Numbered from the stretch's first letter, positions 1-14,350 are shown. The stretch: 64,000 nucleotides of DNA from Candidatus Omnitrophota bacterium (GCA_029564765.1 JAKQPK010000023.1:87084-151083); one strand, 5' to 3'. A program made the numbers and translations. The notes: generated by a model from the sequence alone, not told the origin.

Positions 1-692
1 TCAACAGGGTTCATCGCTACGCCGCGCACCTTGCCGCGTCGACCAAGCCATCGCGAGCGCCCTGCTTTACCGATCGAAATAGATTCATGCTCTACATTCC
101 CGATCTGACCAATGGTCGCACGACAGGTTGTCCTGATCTTGCGGACTTCGCTAGAAGGCAAACGAATATGCGCTTCCGATCCTTCTTTTGCCATGATCTG
201 CGCCGCAGTCCCGGCGGATCGAACGATCTGACCACCTTGCCCTGGCTGCAGTTCAATATTATGGATCGCCGTTCCTAAAGGAATATTAGCGATCGGCATA
301 CAGTTGCCTGGTTTGATCTCTGCGTCTGGATCAAACGTGCTGATCACCGTATCCCCAACCTTTAATTCAAGTGGAGCGATGATATAGGACCTTACTTTAT
401 CTGGATACTCGATCAGCGCAATCCGTGAGGATCGGTTTGGATCGTATTCGATCGCCAACACTTTTGCGACAGCATCAATGCGATCACGCTTGAAATCAAC
501 CAACCGGTACATACGCTTATGTCCACCGCCACGAAAACGCATTGTAATGCGGCCATAGCTATTACGCCCGCCCGAACTATGCAGAGGTGTTAATAACGAC
601 TTCTCTGGTCTTGACTTAGTGATCTCAGCAAAATCAGACAACACAGTATGGCGCAACGCATTTGTTGTGGGGCGAAATTTCTTCAGTCCCAT
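1..692 (-). CDS. rplB: 50S ribosomal protein uL2 (3' end runs off the window)
   Basis: Hand translation from ATG at 692 (TAATG overlap with rplW stop) gives [15 protein letters not shown]...[29 protein letters not shown]; S10 operon position. Not in the ORF track. Confidence 0.97.
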   Translation of the reverse strand, partial: MGLKKFRPTTNALRHTVLSDFAEITKSRPEKSLLTPLHSSGGRNSYGRITMRFRGGGHKRMYRLVDFKRDRIDAVAKVLAIEYDPNRSSRIALIEYPDKVRSYIIAPLELKVGDTVISTFDPDAEIKPGNCMPIANIPLGTAIHNIELQPGQGGQIVRSAGTAAQIMAKEGSEAHIRLPSSEVRKIRTTCRATIGQIGNVEHESISIGKAGRSRWLGRRGKVRGVAMNPV

Positions 693-970
693 TAAGTCAC
701 CTCAATTTTGTGGCCTTCGTGGAGTGTCACAATAGCCTTTTTCCAGTCTGGCACGCGTCCTAAGATCTGTCGAACACGCTTTTTCTTCCCAGGAACAATA
801 CAGGTATGAACGCTGTGAACTTTAACCTTGTAGATCTCTTCAACCGCTTTACGGATCTCAACCTTTGTCGCCCGACGATCCACCTCAAAAAGATACTTCC
901 TGTCCTCTTCTAAGGCTGTTCCTTTTTCAGTGCGGATCAATGTTTTTACTTTATCGTAACTATTGGCCAT
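692..970 (-). CDS. rplW: 50S ribosomal protein uL23
   Basis: TEK...F.V...ATK.EI..AVE..Y.VKV..V.T and WKKAIVTL motifs; located between rplD and rplB. Confidence 0.97.
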   Translation of the reverse strand: MANSYDKVKTLIRTEKGTALEEDRKYLFEVDRRATKVEIRKAVEEIYKVKVHSVHTCIVPGKKKRVRQILGRVPDWKKAIVTLHEGHKIEVT

Positions 971-1019
971 ATTAACAAGCTTTCTCTGGTATTCTCTATC
1001 GTATTGCTTTAAAAATGAA

Positions 1020-1643
1020 TTATTGGATCCGTTTTAGCAAATCCTTAAAAGCGGATTTTGTAATCAACAACTTCTTGTTCTGCAAAATATCATGAGCCGT
1101 CACATCGCAAGAGCGAACCATTCGCAAGGAGGCAATGTTGCGGGAGACGCGAAAAACCTTTTCATCAATCGATTCAACAACGGCAATGATCTTCCCAGTC
1201 AACTTTAAATTCTTTAAGATCTTTACAAAATCTTTTGTCTTATCTGAGCTTGTCTTCAACTGTTCGACACAGCACAGATCATTTTCCTTAAATTTTGAGT
1301 TCAGGCTTGCGCCCAGCGCGGCAATCTTAACCTTGCGCGGGACTTGATAAGTAAAATCTTTTGGATGAGGCCCAAAAGTTGTTCCGCCTCCATGCCACAA
1401 AGGTGATCGGGAAGACCCTGCACGCGCGCGTCCCGTTCCTTTCTGTCGCCAAGGCTTCTTGCCTCCACCTGAAACTTCAGCTCGCTCCTTCGTGGAAGCA
1501 TTCCCTTGGCGGAGATTGGCTTGATACATCATAATCGCTTGATGCAGCGCATGGACATTGACCACGCTATCAAAAATACCTTCAGGAAGCTTTAGCTCAT
1601 CAACTTTCTTCCCTTGAAGATCATAAACATCACAGACTGGCAT
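1020..1643 (-). CDS. rplD: 50S ribosomal protein uL4
   Basis: RQGNASTKERAEVSGGGKKPWRQKGTGRARAGS signature. Confidence 0.98.
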   Translation of the reverse strand: MPVCDVYDLQGKKVDELKLPEGIFDSVVNVHALHQAIMMYQANLRQGNASTKERAEVSGGGKKPWRQKGTGRARAGSSRSPLWHGGGTTFGPHPKDFTYQVPRKVKIAALGASLNSKFKENDLCCVEQLKTSSDKTKDFVKILKNLKLTGKIIAVVESIDEKVFRVSRNIASLRMVRSCDVTAHDILQNKKLLITKSAFKDLLKRIQ

Positions 1644-2353
1644 TATGCTTTACCCTTTGCTTTTTGCTTCCTTTGCTTAAGCGGATTGCGTGAAACAGCT
1701 GCCGCCGCTTTCTTTTCGTCTAATGATTTAAAGGCTTTCTTCTTTGATCTATTGATCATCAAATAAGCACGCTTATGTCCTGGAACAGCTCCCTTGACAA
1801 TCAGCAAATTCTTTTCAACGTCAACATCCATGACGCGTAGCCCTTGCACTGTAACGCGATCCATCCCCATATGCCCAGGCATTGTACGCCCTTTCCAGAC
1901 ACGAGATGGTTCCGTGGAAGAAGAAACTGACCCAATGCGACGGTGATGCATAGAGCCGTGTCCGCCAGGACCGCCTCCCCATCCCCAGCGCTTCATGCCG
2001 CCTTGGAATCCTTTTCCAATAGACGTCCCGGTAACATCCACAAAATCGCCTGGTCGGAATAGATCAGCCTTAATGAACTGTCCGACTTGACAATCTTTCA
2101 CATCTTCAGCCTCAAACTCACGAACAAGCTTTAAGGGTTTGATCCCGTTCTTTTTAAAAAATCCTAATTCAGATCTTTTCATTCTTGATTCGACACCGTC
2201 TCCAAAGCCCAGCTTTATCTTCTTTTTTGGCGTCTCTTGCAATCCAAGAACACAACATGGCCCTGCTTCGATAACCGTGACAGGAATAATATTCCCATCT
2301 TTATCAAAGATCTGTGTCATGCCTAATTTTTTTCCCAATAATCCACGAACCAT
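1643..2353 (-). CDS. rplC: 50S ribosomal protein uL3
   Basis: GKKLGMTQIF, GKGFQG, HGS.HHR and MPGHMG motifs. Confidence 0.98.
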   Translation of the reverse strand: MVRGLLGKKLGMTQIFDKDGNIIPVTVIEAGPCCVLGLQETPKKKIKLGFGDGVESRMKRSELGFFKKNGIKPLKLVREFEAEDVKDCQVGQFIKADLFRPGDFVDVTGTSIGKGFQGGMKRWGWGGGPGGHGSMHHRRIGSVSSSTEPSRVWKGRTMPGHMGMDRVTVQGLRVMDVDVEKNLLIVKGAVPGHKRAYLMINRSKKKAFKSLDEKKAAAAVSRNPLKQRKQKAKGKA

Positions 2354-2374
2354 GTTGCTGTCTTCTCCTTGCCC

Positions 2375-2677
2375 TTATTGCTTGATCTCCACATCAACGC
2401 TAGCAGGTAAATTAAGCTTGCGCAATGCTTCAACGGTTTTCGCTGTCGGGTCTAACAGATCGATCAGACGCTTATGCGTAGCGATTCCAAATTGCTCACG
2501 TGATTTCTTATCGATAAACGTAGAGCGTAATACCGTGTACAATTCCTTCTTGGTCGGCAAAGGAATAGGTCCAACGACCCGTGCTCCCGTACGCTTTGCT
2601 GTCTCGACGATCTCTTGCGTTGATTGATCAATGAGCCGATGATCGTATGCTTTGAGTTTGATTCTGATTTTTTGCAT
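2375..2677 (-). CDS. rpsJ: 30S ribosomal protein uS10
   Basis: [23 protein letters not shown] and HKRLID motifs. Confidence 0.98.
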   Translation of the reverse strand: MQKIRIKLKAYDHRLIDQSTQEIVETAKRTGARVVGPIPLPTKKELYTVLRSTFIDKKSREQFGIATHKRLIDLLDPTAKTVEALRKLNLPASVDVEIKQ

Positions 2678-2685
2678 ATATTCTC

Positions 2686-3879
2686 TTATTTTAGGATCTC
2701 AGAAATAACACCAGCACCAACGGTCCTACCACCTTCGCGGATAGCAAAGCGAAGTTCTTTTTCCATGGCGACAGGCGTGATCAATTCGATCTCCAATTCC
2801 ACGTTGTCACCTGGCATCGCCATTTCAACACCTTTTGGCAAATTGGCTGTTCCGGTAACATCGGTTGTTCTAAAATAAAACTGAGGGCGATATCCATTGA
2901 AAAATGGGGTATGTCGTCCACCTTCTTCCTTGCTTAAGACGTAAACGCTTGCCTTAAACTTTGTATGTGGTGTGATCGATCCTGGCTTAGCGAGAACCAT
3001 ACCTCTTTCGATCGTGTTCTTATCAACACCGCGTAAAAGAAGGCCAAGGTTATCACCTGCCTGCCCTTGGTCAAGCTCTTTACGGAACATTTCAACGCCA
3101 GTCACAACCGTCTTTTGAACATCAGGACGAAGACCAACAATGTCTAATTCTTCACCAACCTTGACGATACCACGCTCAACACGGCCTGTTGCAACAGTTC
3201 CACGGCCAGATATCGAGAAGACATCTTCTACGGCCATTGAGAATGGTTTGTCTAGATCACGTTGTGGTTCTGGAATGAATTCATCAACCGCCTTCATTAG
3301 ATCCATGATCGGCTGTGTTTTAGCCGCATCATCAGAATTGGTCAACGCATCCAAAGCGCTTCCCTTAATGATCGGCGTCTTATCTCCATCGAACTTATAT
3401 TTTGTCAAAAGATCTCGAAGTTCCATTTCCACAAGATCTAAAAGTTCTTTATCTTCAACTTGGTCACACTTATTCATGAAAACAACAATACGAGGAACAT
3501 TCACTTGGCGAGCCAAAAGAATGTGCTCGCGAGTCTGAGGCATAGCACCATCTGCTGCGGAGACGACAAGAATAGCACCATCCATCTGCGCGGCACCAGT
3601 GATCATATTTTTGATATAGTCCGCGTGACCAGGGCAATCGATGTGCGCATAGTGACGCTTTTCCGTTTCATACTCAAGATGAGAAATGTTGATAGTAACG
3701 CCACGCTCTTTTTCTTCAGGAGCATTATCGATCGAATCAAAGCTTCTCGCCTCAGCAAAGCCTTTTTTCGCCAAAACAGTTGTGATAGCGGCGCTTAAGG
3801 TCGTCTTTCCATGATCAACATGACCAATCGTTCCGATGTTTAAGTGAGGTTTACTCCTGATAAATTTTCCTTTTGCCAT
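2686..3879 (-). CDS. tuf: Elongation factor Tu
   Basis: [30 protein letters not shown]; 397 aa. Confidence 0.99.
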   Translation of the reverse strand: MAKGKFIRSKPHLNIGTIGHVDHGKTTLSAAITTVLAKKGFAEARSFDSIDNAPEEKERGVTINISHLEYETEKRHYAHIDCPGHADYIKNMITGAAQMDGAILVVSAADGAMPQTREHILLARQVNVPRIVVFMNKCDQVEDKELLDLVEMELRDLLTKYKFDGDKTPIIKGSALDALTNSDDAAKTQPIMDLMKAVDEFIPEPQRDLDKPFSMAVEDVFSISGRGTVATGRVERGIVKVGEELDIVGLRPDVQKTVVTGVEMFRKELDQGQAGDNLGLLLRGVDKNTIERGMVLAKPGSITPHTKFKASVYVLSKEEGGRHTPFFNGYRPQFYFRTTDVTGTANLPKGVEMAMPGDNVELEIELITPVAMEKELRFAIREGGRTVGAGVISEILK

Positions 3880-3911
3880 GTTCGTTTCCTCCGGTTAAAA
3901 TTTTCTTTCAA

Positions 3912-5993
3912 TTATGCTTTTTTAGTCTTTCCCTGTATTTTCTCGGCTACAAAAGCAGGAACTTCCGCATAAAATGCGGGCTCCATTGAAAATGTAGCAC
4001 GTCCTTGTGATAAAGAGCGGATCGCGCCGGCGTAATTGAACATTTCGGCGAGAGGGACTTCACATCGTGTTGTCTTTAGCATGCCACGATTCCCCATTTC
4101 GGCAATCTTTGCTCTTCGTGTGTTCAGATCACCTACGATAGTGCCCATGAACTGCTCAGGGGCAACAACTTCCACATCCATGATAGGCTCTAAGAAAATG
4201 GAATGACCTTTACGCAAAGCATCATATAAAGCATTCTTTGCGGCTAATTGGAATGCCAATTCGCTAGAATCAACATCATGATAAGAACCGTCAACAAGCG
4301 TGACGATAATATCATCAACAGGATAACCACCTAAAATACCGGTCAAGGCTGCCGTTCGGATGCCTTCTTCAACAGGCTTAATAAACTCACGCGGGATCGC
4401 GCCACCCTTGATCTTATCAACAAAGACAACGCCCTTTCCTTTTTCTTCTTGAGGCTCAACGTCGATGATGACGTGACCGTATTGACCACGGCCACCAGAC
4501 TGAGAAATGTGCTTACCGGTAACACCCGTAACCTTTTGTTTGATCGTTTCTTTATAAGCAACTTGGGGACGGCCAACCTTTGTCTCAAGCCCGAATTCAC
4601 GTTTCATGCGCTCGATGATGATCTCCAAATGCAACTCACCCATACCAGAAACGATCGTCTCGCCGGTCTCCTTGTCGTAGCGGCAACGAAAAGATGGATC
4701 CTCATCCAGAAATTTCTTAAGAGTTAAGCCCATCTTGTCTTGATCTGCTTTCGTTAATGGTTCCAGAGACATCGAAACAACGGGCTCTGGGACTCTCGTG
4801 CTCTCTAGGATTATCGGCGCGCTTTCATCACACAAGGTATCACCGGATTTTGTTTCTTTCAAGCCAACCAGCGCGACGATCTCTCCCGCGCCAACTTGTG
4901 AAACGATCTCCTGCTTGTTCGCATGCATCAAAACGATCTTAGAAATTTTTTCACGGACCTGCTGAGAAGAATTATAGATTTGGGTCCCGGAAACGATCTT
5001 TCCTGAGTAAATACGAGTAAAAAATAATTTACCAACATACTGATCCATAGCGATCTTGAATGTTAAAGCAACAAGTTTTTCACTATCAGAAGCTTGACGC
5101 GTTACAACTTCTCCTGTTTTTGGAGTCGTCCCTTTAACAGGCGGAACGTCGATCGGCGATGGCAAATAATCTGCAACTGCATCTAGAACCATTTGAACAC
5201 CGCGGTTGCGAAGAGAGGCACCGCACAGGACTGGGACAAACACACCTTTTAGAACGGCGCGTCGGATCGCCTGGCGGATCTCATCCACCGTTGGTTCTTT
5301 CTCCTCTAGGAATTTTTCCATTAAGACATCATCTACTTCAGCGATCTTTTCGATCAATGTTTTGCGATATTTCGCAAGTCTTTCCTTAAGATCGGCTGGA
5401 ACTTCTTGAAGTTTAAATTTCATCCCCTGATCATCTTCATAAACGATCAATTGCTGGTTAACGATATCCACAATATCGCTAAAATTATCTTCTGATCCAA
5501 CGGGAAAGTATATCGCAGCAGCATTAGCTCCTAAACGATCGTACATTTGATCGAGAACGTTATCAAAATTTACCCCTAAGCGATCCATCTTATTGATAAA
5601 CGTAATGCGTGGAACGCTGTAGCGATCAGCCTGGCGCCAAACAGTTTCGGTTTGCGGCTGAACTCCGCTGGTAGCGCACAAAACGACAACCGCACCGTCC
5701 AGCACTTTCAACGACCGCTCAACTTCAACAGTAAAATCGACGTGACCGGGAGTATCGATAATATTCACCTTGCAATCTCGCCAAAAACACGTCGTGTTCG
5801 CTGAGGTGATCGTAATGCCGCGTTCTTGCTCTAGCTCCATCCAGTCAGTCGTCGCGTTACCCTCGTCAACAGTTCCCATCTTATGAATAACGCCCGCATA
5901 AAAAAGGATACGCTCGGTGGTGGTCGTTTTGCCAGCATCAATATGTGCAATAATACCAATATTTCTTACTTTACTTAAGGGGATGTCTGCCAT
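3912..5993 (-). CDS. fusA: Elongation factor G
   Basis: [34 protein letters not shown]; str operon position. Confidence 0.98.
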   Translation of the reverse strand: MADIPLSKVRNIGIIAHIDAGKTTTTERILFYAGVIHKMGTVDEGNATTDWMELEQERGITITSANTTCFWRDCKVNIIDTPGHVDFTVEVERSLKVLDGAVVVLCATSGVQPQTETVWRQADRYSVPRITFINKMDRLGVNFDNVLDQMYDRLGANAAAIYFPVGSEDNFSDIVDIVNQQLIVYEDDQGMKFKLQEVPADLKERLAKYRKTLIEKIAEVDDVLMEKFLEEKEPTVDEIRQAIRRAVLKGVFVPVLCGASLRNRGVQMVLDAVADYLPSPIDVPPVKGTTPKTGEVVTRQASDSEKLVALTFKIAMDQYVGKLFFTRIYSGKIVSGTQIYNSSQQVREKISKIVLMHANKQEIVSQVGAGEIVALVGLKETKSGDTLCDESAPIILESTRVPEPVVSMSLEPLTKADQDKMGLTLKKFLDEDPSFRCRYDKETGETIVSGMGELHLEIIIERMKREFGLETKVGRPQVAYKETIKQKVTGVTGKHISQSGGRGQYGHVIIDVEPQEEKGKGVVFVDKIKGGAIPREFIKPVEEGIRTAALTGILGGYPVDDIIVTLVDGSYHDVDSSELAFQLAAKNALYDALRKGHSIFLEPIMDVEVVAPEQFMGTIVGDLNTRRAKIAEMGNRGMLKTTRCEVPLAEMFNYAGAIRSLSQGRATFSMEPAFYAEVPAFVAEKIQGKTKKA

Positions 5994-6004
5994 TTTTTAT
6001 ATTT

Positions 6005-6475
6005 CTACCATCTTAGATGAGCAAAAGCCTGGTTGGCCTCTGCCATTTTGTGGGTTTCGTCTCGTTTTTTTACTGCGGGCCCTTCATTCTTAAAAGCTGC
6101 AAATAATTCGTCCGCGAGCTTTATTTCCATGGGTTTTCCTTTTTTGGAGCGGGCGAAATCGCGAATCCATCGAAGGGAAATCGTATTACCCTTAAGAGGC
6201 AGAACCTCCATAGGGATCTGATAGGTCGAGCCACCGACACGACGTGACTTTACCATTTGTCGTGGACGAACATTATCGATCGCTTTAGCAAAAGTTTTAA
6301 CAACATCTTCTTCGCCTGTTTTCTTTTTAAGGATATCTAACGCCCCATAAACAATCCGTTCAGCCAACGTCTTCTTTCCTTCGATCATGACAATACCGAT
6401 AAAAGTGCCGATCAGTTGATCGTTATATTTTGCGTCAGAAGGTGCAGCACGCTTATTAGCTCTTCGTCTTCTCAT
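6005..6475 (-). CDS. rpsG: 30S ribosomal protein uS7
   Basis: SRRVGGSTYQIP and HKMAEANQAFAH motifs. Confidence 0.98.
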   Translation of the reverse strand: MRRRRANKRAAPSDAKYNDQLIGTFIGIVMIEGKKTLAERIVYGALDILKKKTGEEDVVKTFAKAIDNVRPRQMVKSRRVGGSTYQIPMEVLPLKGNTISLRWIRDFARSKKGKPMEIKLADELFAAFKNEGPAVKKRDETHKMAEANQAFAHLRW

Positions 6476-6846
6476 TATTTATCTCGCTTTGATCCATACT
6501 TTGACCGTGATCGTTTACGGTCTTTAACGCCGGTCGTATCCAATGTTCCGCGAACAATATGATAGCGGACACCCGGTAAATCTTTGACGCGACCGCCGCG
6601 AACAAGGACGATCGAATGTTCCTGCAAATTATGTCCTTCGCCAGGAATATATGATGTAACTTCCATCTTGTTTGACAAGCGAACTCTGGCTATTTTTCGT
6701 AACGCCGAATTTGGCTTCTTTGGCGTCATGGTCTTCACTTGCAAACAAACGCCTCGCCGTTGCGGGCAGTTCGTGAGCGCCGGAGATTTACTCTTCTTGC
6801 TTTTGAGATTCCGGCTCTTTCGTATTAACTGAGAGATCGTCGGCAT
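6475..6846 (-). CDS. rpsL: 30S ribosomal protein uS12
   Basis: [10 protein letters not shown] and [12 protein letters not shown] motifs. Confidence 0.99.
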   Translation of the reverse strand: MPTISQLIRKSRNLKSKKSKSPALTNCPQRRGVCLQVKTMTPKKPNSALRKIARVRLSNKMEVTSYIPGEGHNLQEHSIVLVRGGRVKDLPGVRYHIVRGTLDTTGVKDRKRSRSKYGSKRDK

Positions 6847-9800
6847 ATTTTACCATTTCTATATTTTTATATTCTTTAAAACCTGTCCCTGCGGGAATCA
6901 AATGACCTACAATAACGTTCTCTTTCAGGCCACGTAAAAAGTCCACTTTACCAGAAGTTGCTGCGTCTGTCAAGACCCTTGTCGTCTCCTGGAAACTCGC
7001 GGCAGAAATAAAACTTTCCGTCGACAAAGAAACCTTTGTAATGCCCAATAACAGCGGTGTTGCAGAGGCTGGTTTTCCTTTTTTCTTTAAGACCGCCTCA
7101 TTCGCCTTCTTGAACAGGATTTTATCCACTTGTTGTCCGACGAGAAAATCCGTATCACCAGATTCTTCGATCTTGACCTTCTTTAACATCTGCCCGATGA
7201 TCAACTCGATATGTTTATCGCTGATGCGCACACCCTGAAGACGATAAACCTCCTGAACTTCGTTAAGCAAATATTCCTGCAAAACTTTATCGCCTGAAAC
7301 GCGCAAAATATCATGAGGAACAACCGGCCCTTCGGTCAATTGTTGACCTGCAAAAACGCGATCCCCTTTGTAGACATTGGGATGTTTGCCATGCGGTAGC
7401 ACGTATTCCTTGGTCATGCCTGTTTGGCTACGGATAATGATCTTGCGCGATCCCTTACGGTCCTCACCAAACTCAACGAACCCATCGATCTCGCTGATGA
7501 TCGCCGGCTCTTTTGGACGACGAGCTTCAAAAAGTTCAGCGACGCGCGGCAAACCACCAGTAATGTCGCGTGTCTTGCCGGATGCGCGAGGGATCTTTGC
7601 AAGCAACTCACCTGCGCCAACTTGTTTTTTATCATGAACAAGAATGTGGGCTCCGACAGGAATGGAATAGATACCCAAAACTTCCATCTTCTCATCTGTA
7701 ACAATGATCTGAGGATGGAATTCTTGTTTGTGTTCGACAACAACGCGCTCAGTAACGCCCGTGATCGGATTTTGTTCGTTCTGGATAGTGACATCTTCTT
7801 TGATGTCTTCAAAGTTGATGATACCTTTAACTTCCGTAATGATCGGGATCGTATATGGATCCCAGTTGACAAAAATAACACCTTTCTTGATCGGCGCCCC
7901 ATCCACAAATTTTAAAACAGCACCTTGCACTAAAGGATAACGCTCGAACTCCCGTCCAAATTCATCATTAATGCTAACGGAACCGTTACGGTTTAAAACA
8001 ATATATTCCTTGCCTTTTTCAACAACACGAAGACCATGATACTTGATAACGCCATCATTCTTGGATCGCAAAAACGATTGTTCAACCGCACGGCTTGCTG
8101 TACCGCCGATGTGGAACGTTCTCATCGTCAACTGCGTACCCGGCTCACCAATACTTTGCGCCGCAATACAACCGACAGCTTCGCCGAGTTCGACGAGCCG
8201 TTGTGTCGCCAGGTTGCGACCGTAGCATTTAACACAAACGCCTCGCTCAGATTCACAAGTCAAAACGCTGCGAATACGCACCTTTTCAATACCCAGCTGC
8301 TCAATGATCTCAGCTTTCTCTTCCGTGATCTGCTGGCCCGCTTCAACGACAAGCTGATCCGTGATAATATCGACAATGTTATCAAGCGCCACGCGACCGA
8401 TAATGCGCTCTTTCAAACTGACAACCACTTCGTCGCCTTCGATGATCGCTGAAACCGTAATACCATTGACGGTCCCGCAATCTTCTTCCGCAACTACGAT
8501 CTCTTGCGCAACGTCTACCAATCGTCGAGTCAAGTATCCCGCATCCGCTGTCTTAAGCGCTGTATCCGCCAAACCTTTACGCGCACCGTGAGTTGAAATG
8601 AAATACTCTAGAACGGTCAATCCTTCACGGAAACTTGCGGTAATAGGATTCTCGATGATCTCGCCTGAAGGTTTCGCCATCAAGCCACGCATACCGGAAA
8701 GCTGACGGATCTGAAGGCGGGATCCTCGCGCGCCAGAGTCTGCCATGATAAACACTGGATTGAACGGGTCCATGCCCTTAAAAACAAGATCGGAGATCGC
8801 TTCAGTTGTGTGTGTCCAAACGTCAATGATCTTGTTGTAACGCTCGCGCGCAGTGATGATACCTTTGCGATACTGATCTTCAACCTTGGCAACTTCTTGT
8901 CGGGAATTCTTGACCAAAACTTGTTTTTCTTCTGGAACAGTCATATCCGCGATACTGATAGAAATACCAGCGGTTGTTGCTGATCGGAATCCTAGCGCTT
9001 TCAGGTCATCCAGAAGAATTGTCGTGGCATATTGCCCAAATCGTTTATAGCAATCAGAAATGACCGCTCCGATCTTTTTCTTATTGAGCGTTTCATTGAC
9101 AAAACCGAATCCTTTAGGCAAAAGATCGTTCAGGAAAATCTTTCCAATCGTTGTTTCTATAACCTGATTCTTTTTTTCTTCTTTCATTTCTTCGCCAAGC
9201 GCTTGTCGCTGTGACACAACAAAGGAAGGGCTCTCTTCACCCCAGACTTTGCAATCAACAAGTCTAAGCTTGATGCGGCTATGCAGGCCAACAAGCCCAT
9301 CATAATAGGCGATCTTCGCCTCCTCGGTCGTCGCAAAAAGCCTTCCTTCGCCCTTAACACCTGGCTTGTCCTTGGTCAAATAATAAAGACCTAAGACAAT
9401 ATCCTGCGTCGGAGAAAGAAGCGGTCGTCCATCTGCGGGAGAAAAAATATTATTAATTGAAAGTAGTTCAAGACGGCACTCCATCTGCGCCTCTAAAGAT
9501 AAAGGAACATGAACAGCCATCTGGTCACCGTCAAAATCAGCATTAAACGCCGCGCAAACCAAAGGATGAAGCTGAATCGCCTTGCCTTCCACTAAAATAG
9601 GCTGAAACGCTTGAATACTCAAACGGTGAAGCGTTGGAGCGCGGTTTAGCATTACAGGATGATCTTGGATCACTTCATCCAGAATGTCCCAAACCTCATT
9701 CTTTGCCCTCTCGACCATTCTCTTGGCACCTTTGATCGTGTGCACAAAACCTCGCTCGCGAAGCTTGCGGATAATGAACGGTTCAAAGAGTTCCAGCGCC

Positions 9801-10888
9801 ATACGCTTTGGTAGGCCGCATTGGTGCAATTTTAATTCGGGACCAACAACAATAACGGATCTGCCAGAATAATCCACGCGCTTACCCAAAAGATTCATGC
9901 GGAATCGGCCTTGTTTGCCTTTTAACATATCCGACAATGATTTTAATGGACGATTGCTAGATCCTAAAACGGGCCTGCCATGGCGTCCGTTGTCAAAGAG
10001 CGCGTCCACAGCTTCTTGAAGCATGCGCTTTTCATTGCGAACGATGATCTCAGGAGCGTTTAAATTAATAAGCTTCTTAAGACGATTGTTGCGATTAATA
10101 ACACGTCGATAAAGATCGTTGAGGTCGGATGTCGCGAAACGTCCACCTTCAAGCGGAACTAACGGCCTAAGATCTGGAGGAATGACCGGTAGGGATTCTA
10201 AGACCATCCAATCTACAGCATTACCAGATTTTTTAAAGTCTTCAGCGATCTTCAATGTCTTGGCGAACTTCTTAGCATTGGCGCCTAAGGGTGAGGATTT
10301 TTCAAGGTCTGCCCTGATCTCTTTACACAGTTTGTCGAGATTGACTTGTTTCAAAAGGTCTTTAATGGCTTCAGCGCCGATCTTTGCCTTAAAAGAATCC
10401 CCGTATTTTGCCAGACACTCTTGATATTTATCCTCATTCAAGAATTGCTTATGCTTCAGCTGAGTGTCGCCAGGATCAACGACCACATATTCTTCATAGT
10501 AAATGATCTTTTCAAGGTCCTTGAGGCCGATCTGTAGCAGTGCCGACAAGCGGCTGGGAACAGCCTTGTAAAACCAGATATGCGTTACAGGGCATGCAAG
10601 CTCAATATGTCCCATGCGTTCACGACGGACAGCAGAGCGGGTTACTAAAACACCACAACGGTCGCAGACGATGCCCTTGAATTTAATACCCTTATATTTA
10701 CCGCAATTGCATTCCCAGTCGCGGACAGGGCCAAAGATCTTCTCGCAGAACAAACCATCTTTTTCTGGTTTCAAGGTGCGGTAATTCAACGTCTCTGCCT
10801 TGCGGACTTCGCCATTCGACCAAGAACGAATTATATCCGGCGAAGCAAGCTTGATCGCAATATGATCGTAAACTTTTTCTTGGCTCAT
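6788..10888 (-). CDS. rpoC: RNA polymerase beta' subunit
   Basis: Catalytic NADFDGD, N-terminal Zn-binding Cys, TQLTMRTFH...DITGGLPRV trigger loop with insertion; 3' end overlaps rpsL by 59 nt. Confidence 0.99.
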   Translation of the reverse strand: MSQEKVYDHIAIKLASPDIIRSWSNGEVRKAETLNYRTLKPEKDGLFCEKIFGPVRDWECNCGKYKGIKFKGIVCDRCGVLVTRSAVRRERMGHIELACPVTHIWFYKAVPSRLSALLQIGLKDLEKIIYYEEYVVVDPGDTQLKHKQFLNEDKYQECLAKYGDSFKAKIGAEAIKDLLKQVNLDKLCKEIRADLEKSSPLGANAKKFAKTLKIAEDFKKSGNAVDWMVLESLPVIPPDLRPLVPLEGGRFATSDLNDLYRRVINRNNRLKKLINLNAPEIIVRNEKRMLQEAVDALFDNGRHGRPVLGSSNRPLKSLSDMLKGKQGRFRMNLLGKRVDYSGRSVIVVGPELKLHQCGLPKRMALELFEPFIIRKLRERGFVHTIKGAKRMVERAKNEVWDILDEVIQDHPVMLNRAPTLHRLSIQAFQPILVEGKAIQLHPLVCAAFNADFDGDQMAVHVPLSLEAQMECRLELLSINNIFSPADGRPLLSPTQDIVLGLYYLTKDKPGVKGEGRLFATTEEAKIAYYDGLVGLHSRIKLRLVDCKVWGEESPSFVVSQRQALGEEMKEEKKNQVIETTIGKIFLNDLLPKGFGFVNETLNKKKIGAVISDCYKRFGQYATTILLDDLKALGFRSATTAGISISIADMTVPEEKQVLVKNSRQEVAKVEDQYRKGIITARERYNKIIDVWTHTTEAISDLVFKGMDPFNPVFIMADSGARGSRLQIRQLSGMRGLMAKPSGEIIENPITASFREGLTVLEYFISTHGARKGLADTALKTADAGYLTRRLVDVAQEIVVAEEDCGTVNGITVSAIIEGDEVVVSLKERIIGRVALDNIVDIITDQLVVEAGQQITEEKAEIIEQLGIEKVRIRSVLTCESERGVCVKCYGRNLATQRLVELGEAVGCIAAQSIGEPGTQLTMRTFHIGGTASRAVEQSFLRSKNDGVIKYHGLRVVEKGKEYIVLNRNGSVSINDEFGREFERYPLVQGAVLKFVDGAPIKKGVIFVNWDPYTIPIITEVKGIINFEDIKEDVTIQNEQNPITGVTERVVVEHKQEFHPQIIVTDEKMEVLGIYSIPVGAHILVHDKKQVGAGELLAKIPRASGKTRDITGGLPRVAELFEARRPKEPAIISEIDGFVEFGEDRKGSRKIIIRSQTGMTKEYVLPHGKHPNVYKGDRVFAGQQLTEGPVVPHDILRVSGDKVLQEYLLNEVQEVYRLQGVRISDKHIELIIGQMLKKVKIEESGDTDFLVGQQVDKILFKKANEAVLKKKGKPASATPLLLGITKVSLSTESFISAASFQETTRVLTDAATSGKVDFLRGLKENVIVGHLIPAGTGFKEYKNIEMVKYADDLSVNTKEPESQKQEE

Positions 10889-10891
10889 GTT

Positions 10892-13800
10892 TTATTTTTC
10901 CTTCTTCTCTTCTTTTTTATCTTCAGATACAGGCTCAGAGCTCTGCATCCGGATATCTAAGCATAAACCCTGCAATTCTTTCATGAGAACATTGAAAGAC
11001 TCTGGGGTTCCCGGGGTCAACTTCTGCTCACCCTTAACGATCGCTTCGTAAATACGGCTACGTCCAGCGACGTCATCGCTTTTAACTGTCAGCATTTCTT
11101 GCAATGTGTAAGCGGCACCGTACGCTTCCAATGCCCAAACTTCCATTTCACCAAACCTCTGGCCGCCAAAATGCGCCTTACCACCTAATGGCTGTTGGGT
11201 TACCAGCGAATATGGACCGATCGAGCGAGCATGGATCTTTTCATCGACAAGATGAATAAGTTTCATCATATAGATATAACCAACGGTCACCTTTTGATCA
11301 AAAGGCATACCCGTATATCCATCGTGCACGGTAGTCTTTCCATTTTCTGGAAGCTGAGCTTCTTTTAACAAAGCGCAGATTTCAGACTCTTTCGCACCAT
11401 TAAAAACAGGTGTTTCACATTCAAACCCTAGAACATGAGCAGCCCATCCAAGGTGTGTCTCCAAAAGCTGTCCAACGTTCATACGCGAAGGAACACCTAA
11501 AGGATTAAGGATAATATCGACTGGTGTTCCATTAGATAAGAATGGCATATCTTCTTCCGGCAAAACGCGAGCCACAACGCCTTTGTTACCATGACGTCCT
11601 GCCATTTTATCCCCTTCAGAAACCTTTCGCTTTGTCGCAATGTAGACAATGACACGCTTGAGAACGCCCGCAGGCAACTCATCCCCGCACTTTACCTTCT
11701 CAATTTCGTGTTCTTGCTCATCAGAAAGCTCTTGGATACGGTCATTAAAATAGATCATCGCATCCCCGGCCTCTTCTGTCTCGCGAATCTGTCGCTCGGT
11801 CATTTTCTCAAAGGTTTTACGATCAACCTTGAGGATCTTCATCAATCGCTTCTCTTTTTCTTCTTTTAAAAATTCGATCTCTTGCTTGTAATAACGCTTG
11901 ATCTTATCGATCTCAATCAGCTCTTTCTTTTTATCTTCTTTCGACTTTCGGCCACGCTCACTACGCTGAAAAACTTCCACGTTAACAACAACCCCCTCTT
12001 CCCCTGGAGGAAGCGTGAGCGATGTATCACGGATGTCTGCGGCTTTTTCGCCGAAAATAGCGCGCAACAAGCGTTCTTCCGGTGTCAACTCTTTTTCGCT
12101 CTTGGGAGTTACCTTGCCAACTAAAATGTCGCCTGCTTTCACTTCGGCGCCAACACGGATGATGCCTTCTTCAGTCAGGTCGTTCAAAGCTTCTTCGCCA
12201 ACGTTAGGAATGTCACGAGTGATCTCTTCATTGCCCAAACGTGTCTCACGAGCTTCGACCTCAAAACGCTCAATATGGATGGAAGTAAAAACATCATCCT
12301 TGACCAAACGCTGATTCAGGATGATGGCGTCTTCAAAGTTATAACCTCTCCATGGCATGAACGCGACAAGAATATTGCGCCCCAGCGCCAATTTTCCACG
12401 TTCGGTGGCGACCCCATCCGCAATGACCTGGCCTGCCTGGACATAATCACCAAGCTTAACGATCGGCTTATTATGAAGACAAGTATTCGCATTAGAACGT
12501 AAGAAATTCTTTAAGGGATAAACGGTCTTGCCAATGACAATCTCGCGGGCATCAACTTTCGTGACTTTGCCGGACTCGCGCGCGATCACAACCGCGCCTG
12601 AATCACGTGCCACTGCCTCCTCCATACCGGTACCAACGTATGGAGCTTCCGTATCCATCAAAGGAACGGCTTGACGCTGCATGTTCGAGCCCATCAACGC
12701 GCGATTCGCGTCATCATGCTCTAAAAACGGGATCAAGGATGTTGCTGGCGAAACAAGCTGCTTAGGAGATACATCCATGTAGTCAACCTTGTTCGGGCTG
12801 ACATAAGGAAAATCTGCACGATAACGACATGAAATCTCTTTTTCCAGGAAGTTTCCACCTTTATCAATAGGAGTGCTCGCTTGCGCGATATACTTCGTTT
12901 GATCGATATCCGCTGTTAAATATTCGATCTTATTCGTGACACGTCCTTCTTCTACTTTGCGGTAGGGCGTTTCGATAAATCCTAATTCATTAACACGGGA
13001 ACAGTTTGTCAAGGATGCGATCAAACCAATATTCGGACCTTCAGGGGTCTCGATCGGACAAACGCGGCCATAATGCGTAGGATGAACGTCGCGGACTTCA
13101 AATCCCGCGCGCTCACGGGATAATCCGCCAGGACCTAAAGCGCTAAGACGTCGTTTGTGCGTTGTTTCCGCGAGAGGGTTTCCTTGGTCTAAGAATTGAG
13201 AGAGTTGGCTACGGGCAAAAAAATCTTGGATTTGGCTTGAGAACAAGCGTGAATTGATCAAATGGTGCGCGGTCAGATTTTCAAATGTATTCATAACGAC
13301 CAAACGTTCCTTAATGGAGCGTTCGATGCGGGCGAGGCCAATACGGACTTGGTTTTGCACGAGTTCACCAACGGTTTTGATCCGTCGATTCCCTAAGTGA
13401 TCAATGTCATCGATCTCCCCTTGCCCATCGCGAAGCTTGAAAAGATACTTGATAACTTCTGCGACCGTTGCCAGATCTAAAATACGATTATCTAGATCGA
13501 CATTCATGCCGAGTTTTCGATTGATAATATAGCGTCCCACTTTGCTCAACTCATATCGGCGAATGTCGAAGAACAATCTAAAGAACAACGCTTCCGCAAC
13601 TTCGATCGTTGCCGGTTCCGTTGGACGCATTTTACGATAAAAATCTAATAACGCATCTTCCTTTGTTTTCGTATGGTCCTTTTCTAGTGTATTCTTCAGC
13701 TTTGAAAAATCCTCGCCAAAAAGTTTCTGCATTTCTTCTTCGCTGGAAAGACCCATGATGCGCAAGATCTGTGTCGCGGGAAAACTACGACGACGATCTA

Positions 13801-14350
13801 CATAGGCTAATAAAACATCATTAAGATCATATTTGATCTCGAACCATGCGCCACGAGAGGGAATGATACGCCCTTGATAGATCACCTTTCCCGTTGGATG
13901 AGGCTCTTGCTCGAACGAGACACCCGGCGGCCTCTGGATCTGCGATACAACGACACGCTCATCGCCATTAATGATAAAGGTGCCTGTCTCGGTCATCAAA
14001 GGGAAATCGCCGAAGTAAACCTCCTGCTCTTTGATCTCAACCGGAGTCACTAAGCGCAAAGTAACCTTAAGCGGGGCTGAATAGGTCATGCTGCGTCGTT
14101 GGCATTCGCGAGAAGAATATTTTTCTTTCCCAAGCTGATAGCTGATGTACTCCATGCGCACCTGGCCATCATAGCTTTCAAAAGGAAATGTTTCGCGGAA
14201 AACTTCCTCAAGCCCTTGATTCTTTCGCTCTTCCGGCTTTACGAACCTTTGCAGAAAGTGGTCATAAGACACGACTTGGACATCGAGCAAATTAGGTAAG
14301 GTAAATGTATCCTTAAATTTGCTAAAGTCCCGGATTTCTCTTTTTCTCAT
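10892..14350 (-). CDS. rpoB: RNA polymerase beta subunit
   Basis: [25 protein letters not shown] and GGQRFGEME motifs; 1152 aa. Confidence 0.99.
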   Translation of the reverse strand: MRKREIRDFSKFKDTFTLPNLLDVQVVSYDHFLQRFVKPEERKNQGLEEVFRETFPFESYDGQVRMEYISYQLGKEKYSSRECQRRSMTYSAPLKVTLRLVTPVEIKEQEVYFGDFPLMTETGTFIINGDERVVVSQIQRPPGVSFEQEPHPTGKVIYQGRIIPSRGAWFEIKYDLNDVLLAYVDRRRSFPATQILRIMGLSSEEEMQKLFGEDFSKLKNTLEKDHTKTKEDALLDFYRKMRPTEPATIEVAEALFFRLFFDIRRYELSKVGRYIINRKLGMNVDLDNRILDLATVAEVIKYLFKLRDGQGEIDDIDHLGNRRIKTVGELVQNQVRIGLARIERSIKERLVVMNTFENLTAHHLINSRLFSSQIQDFFARSQLSQFLDQGNPLAETTHKRRLSALGPGGLSRERAGFEVRDVHPTHYGRVCPIETPEGPNIGLIASLTNCSRVNELGFIETPYRKVEEGRVTNKIEYLTADIDQTKYIAQASTPIDKGGNFLEKEISCRYRADFPYVSPNKVDYMDVSPKQLVSPATSLIPFLEHDDANRALMGSNMQRQAVPLMDTEAPYVGTGMEEAVARDSGAVVIARESGKVTKVDAREIVIGKTVYPLKNFLRSNANTCLHNKPIVKLGDYVQAGQVIADGVATERGKLALGRNILVAFMPWRGYNFEDAIILNQRLVKDDVFTSIHIERFEVEARETRLGNEEITRDIPNVGEEALNDLTEEGIIRVGAEVKAGDILVGKVTPKSEKELTPEERLLRAIFGEKAADIRDTSLTLPPGEEGVVVNVEVFQRSERGRKSKEDKKKELIEIDKIKRYYKQEIEFLKEEKEKRLMKILKVDRKTFEKMTERQIRETEEAGDAMIYFNDRIQELSDEQEHEIEKVKCGDELPAGVLKRVIVYIATKRKVSEGDKMAGRHGNKGVVARVLPEEDMPFLSNGTPVDIILNPLGVPSRMNVGQLLETHLGWAAHVLGFECETPVFNGAKESEICALLKEAQLPENGKTTVHDGYTGMPFDQKVTVGYIYMMKLIHLVDEKIHARSIGPYSLVTQQPLGGKAHFGGQRFGEMEVWALEAYGAAYTLQEMLTVKSDDVAGRSRIYEAIVKGEQKLTPGTPESFNVLMKELQGLCLDIRMQSSEPVSEDKKEEKKEK

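Noticed and set aside
13120-13215. RpoB rifampicin-region substitutions ([20 protein letters not shown])
   Set aside because: The key Gln, Asp, His and Ser contacts are retained, so resistance is not supported.
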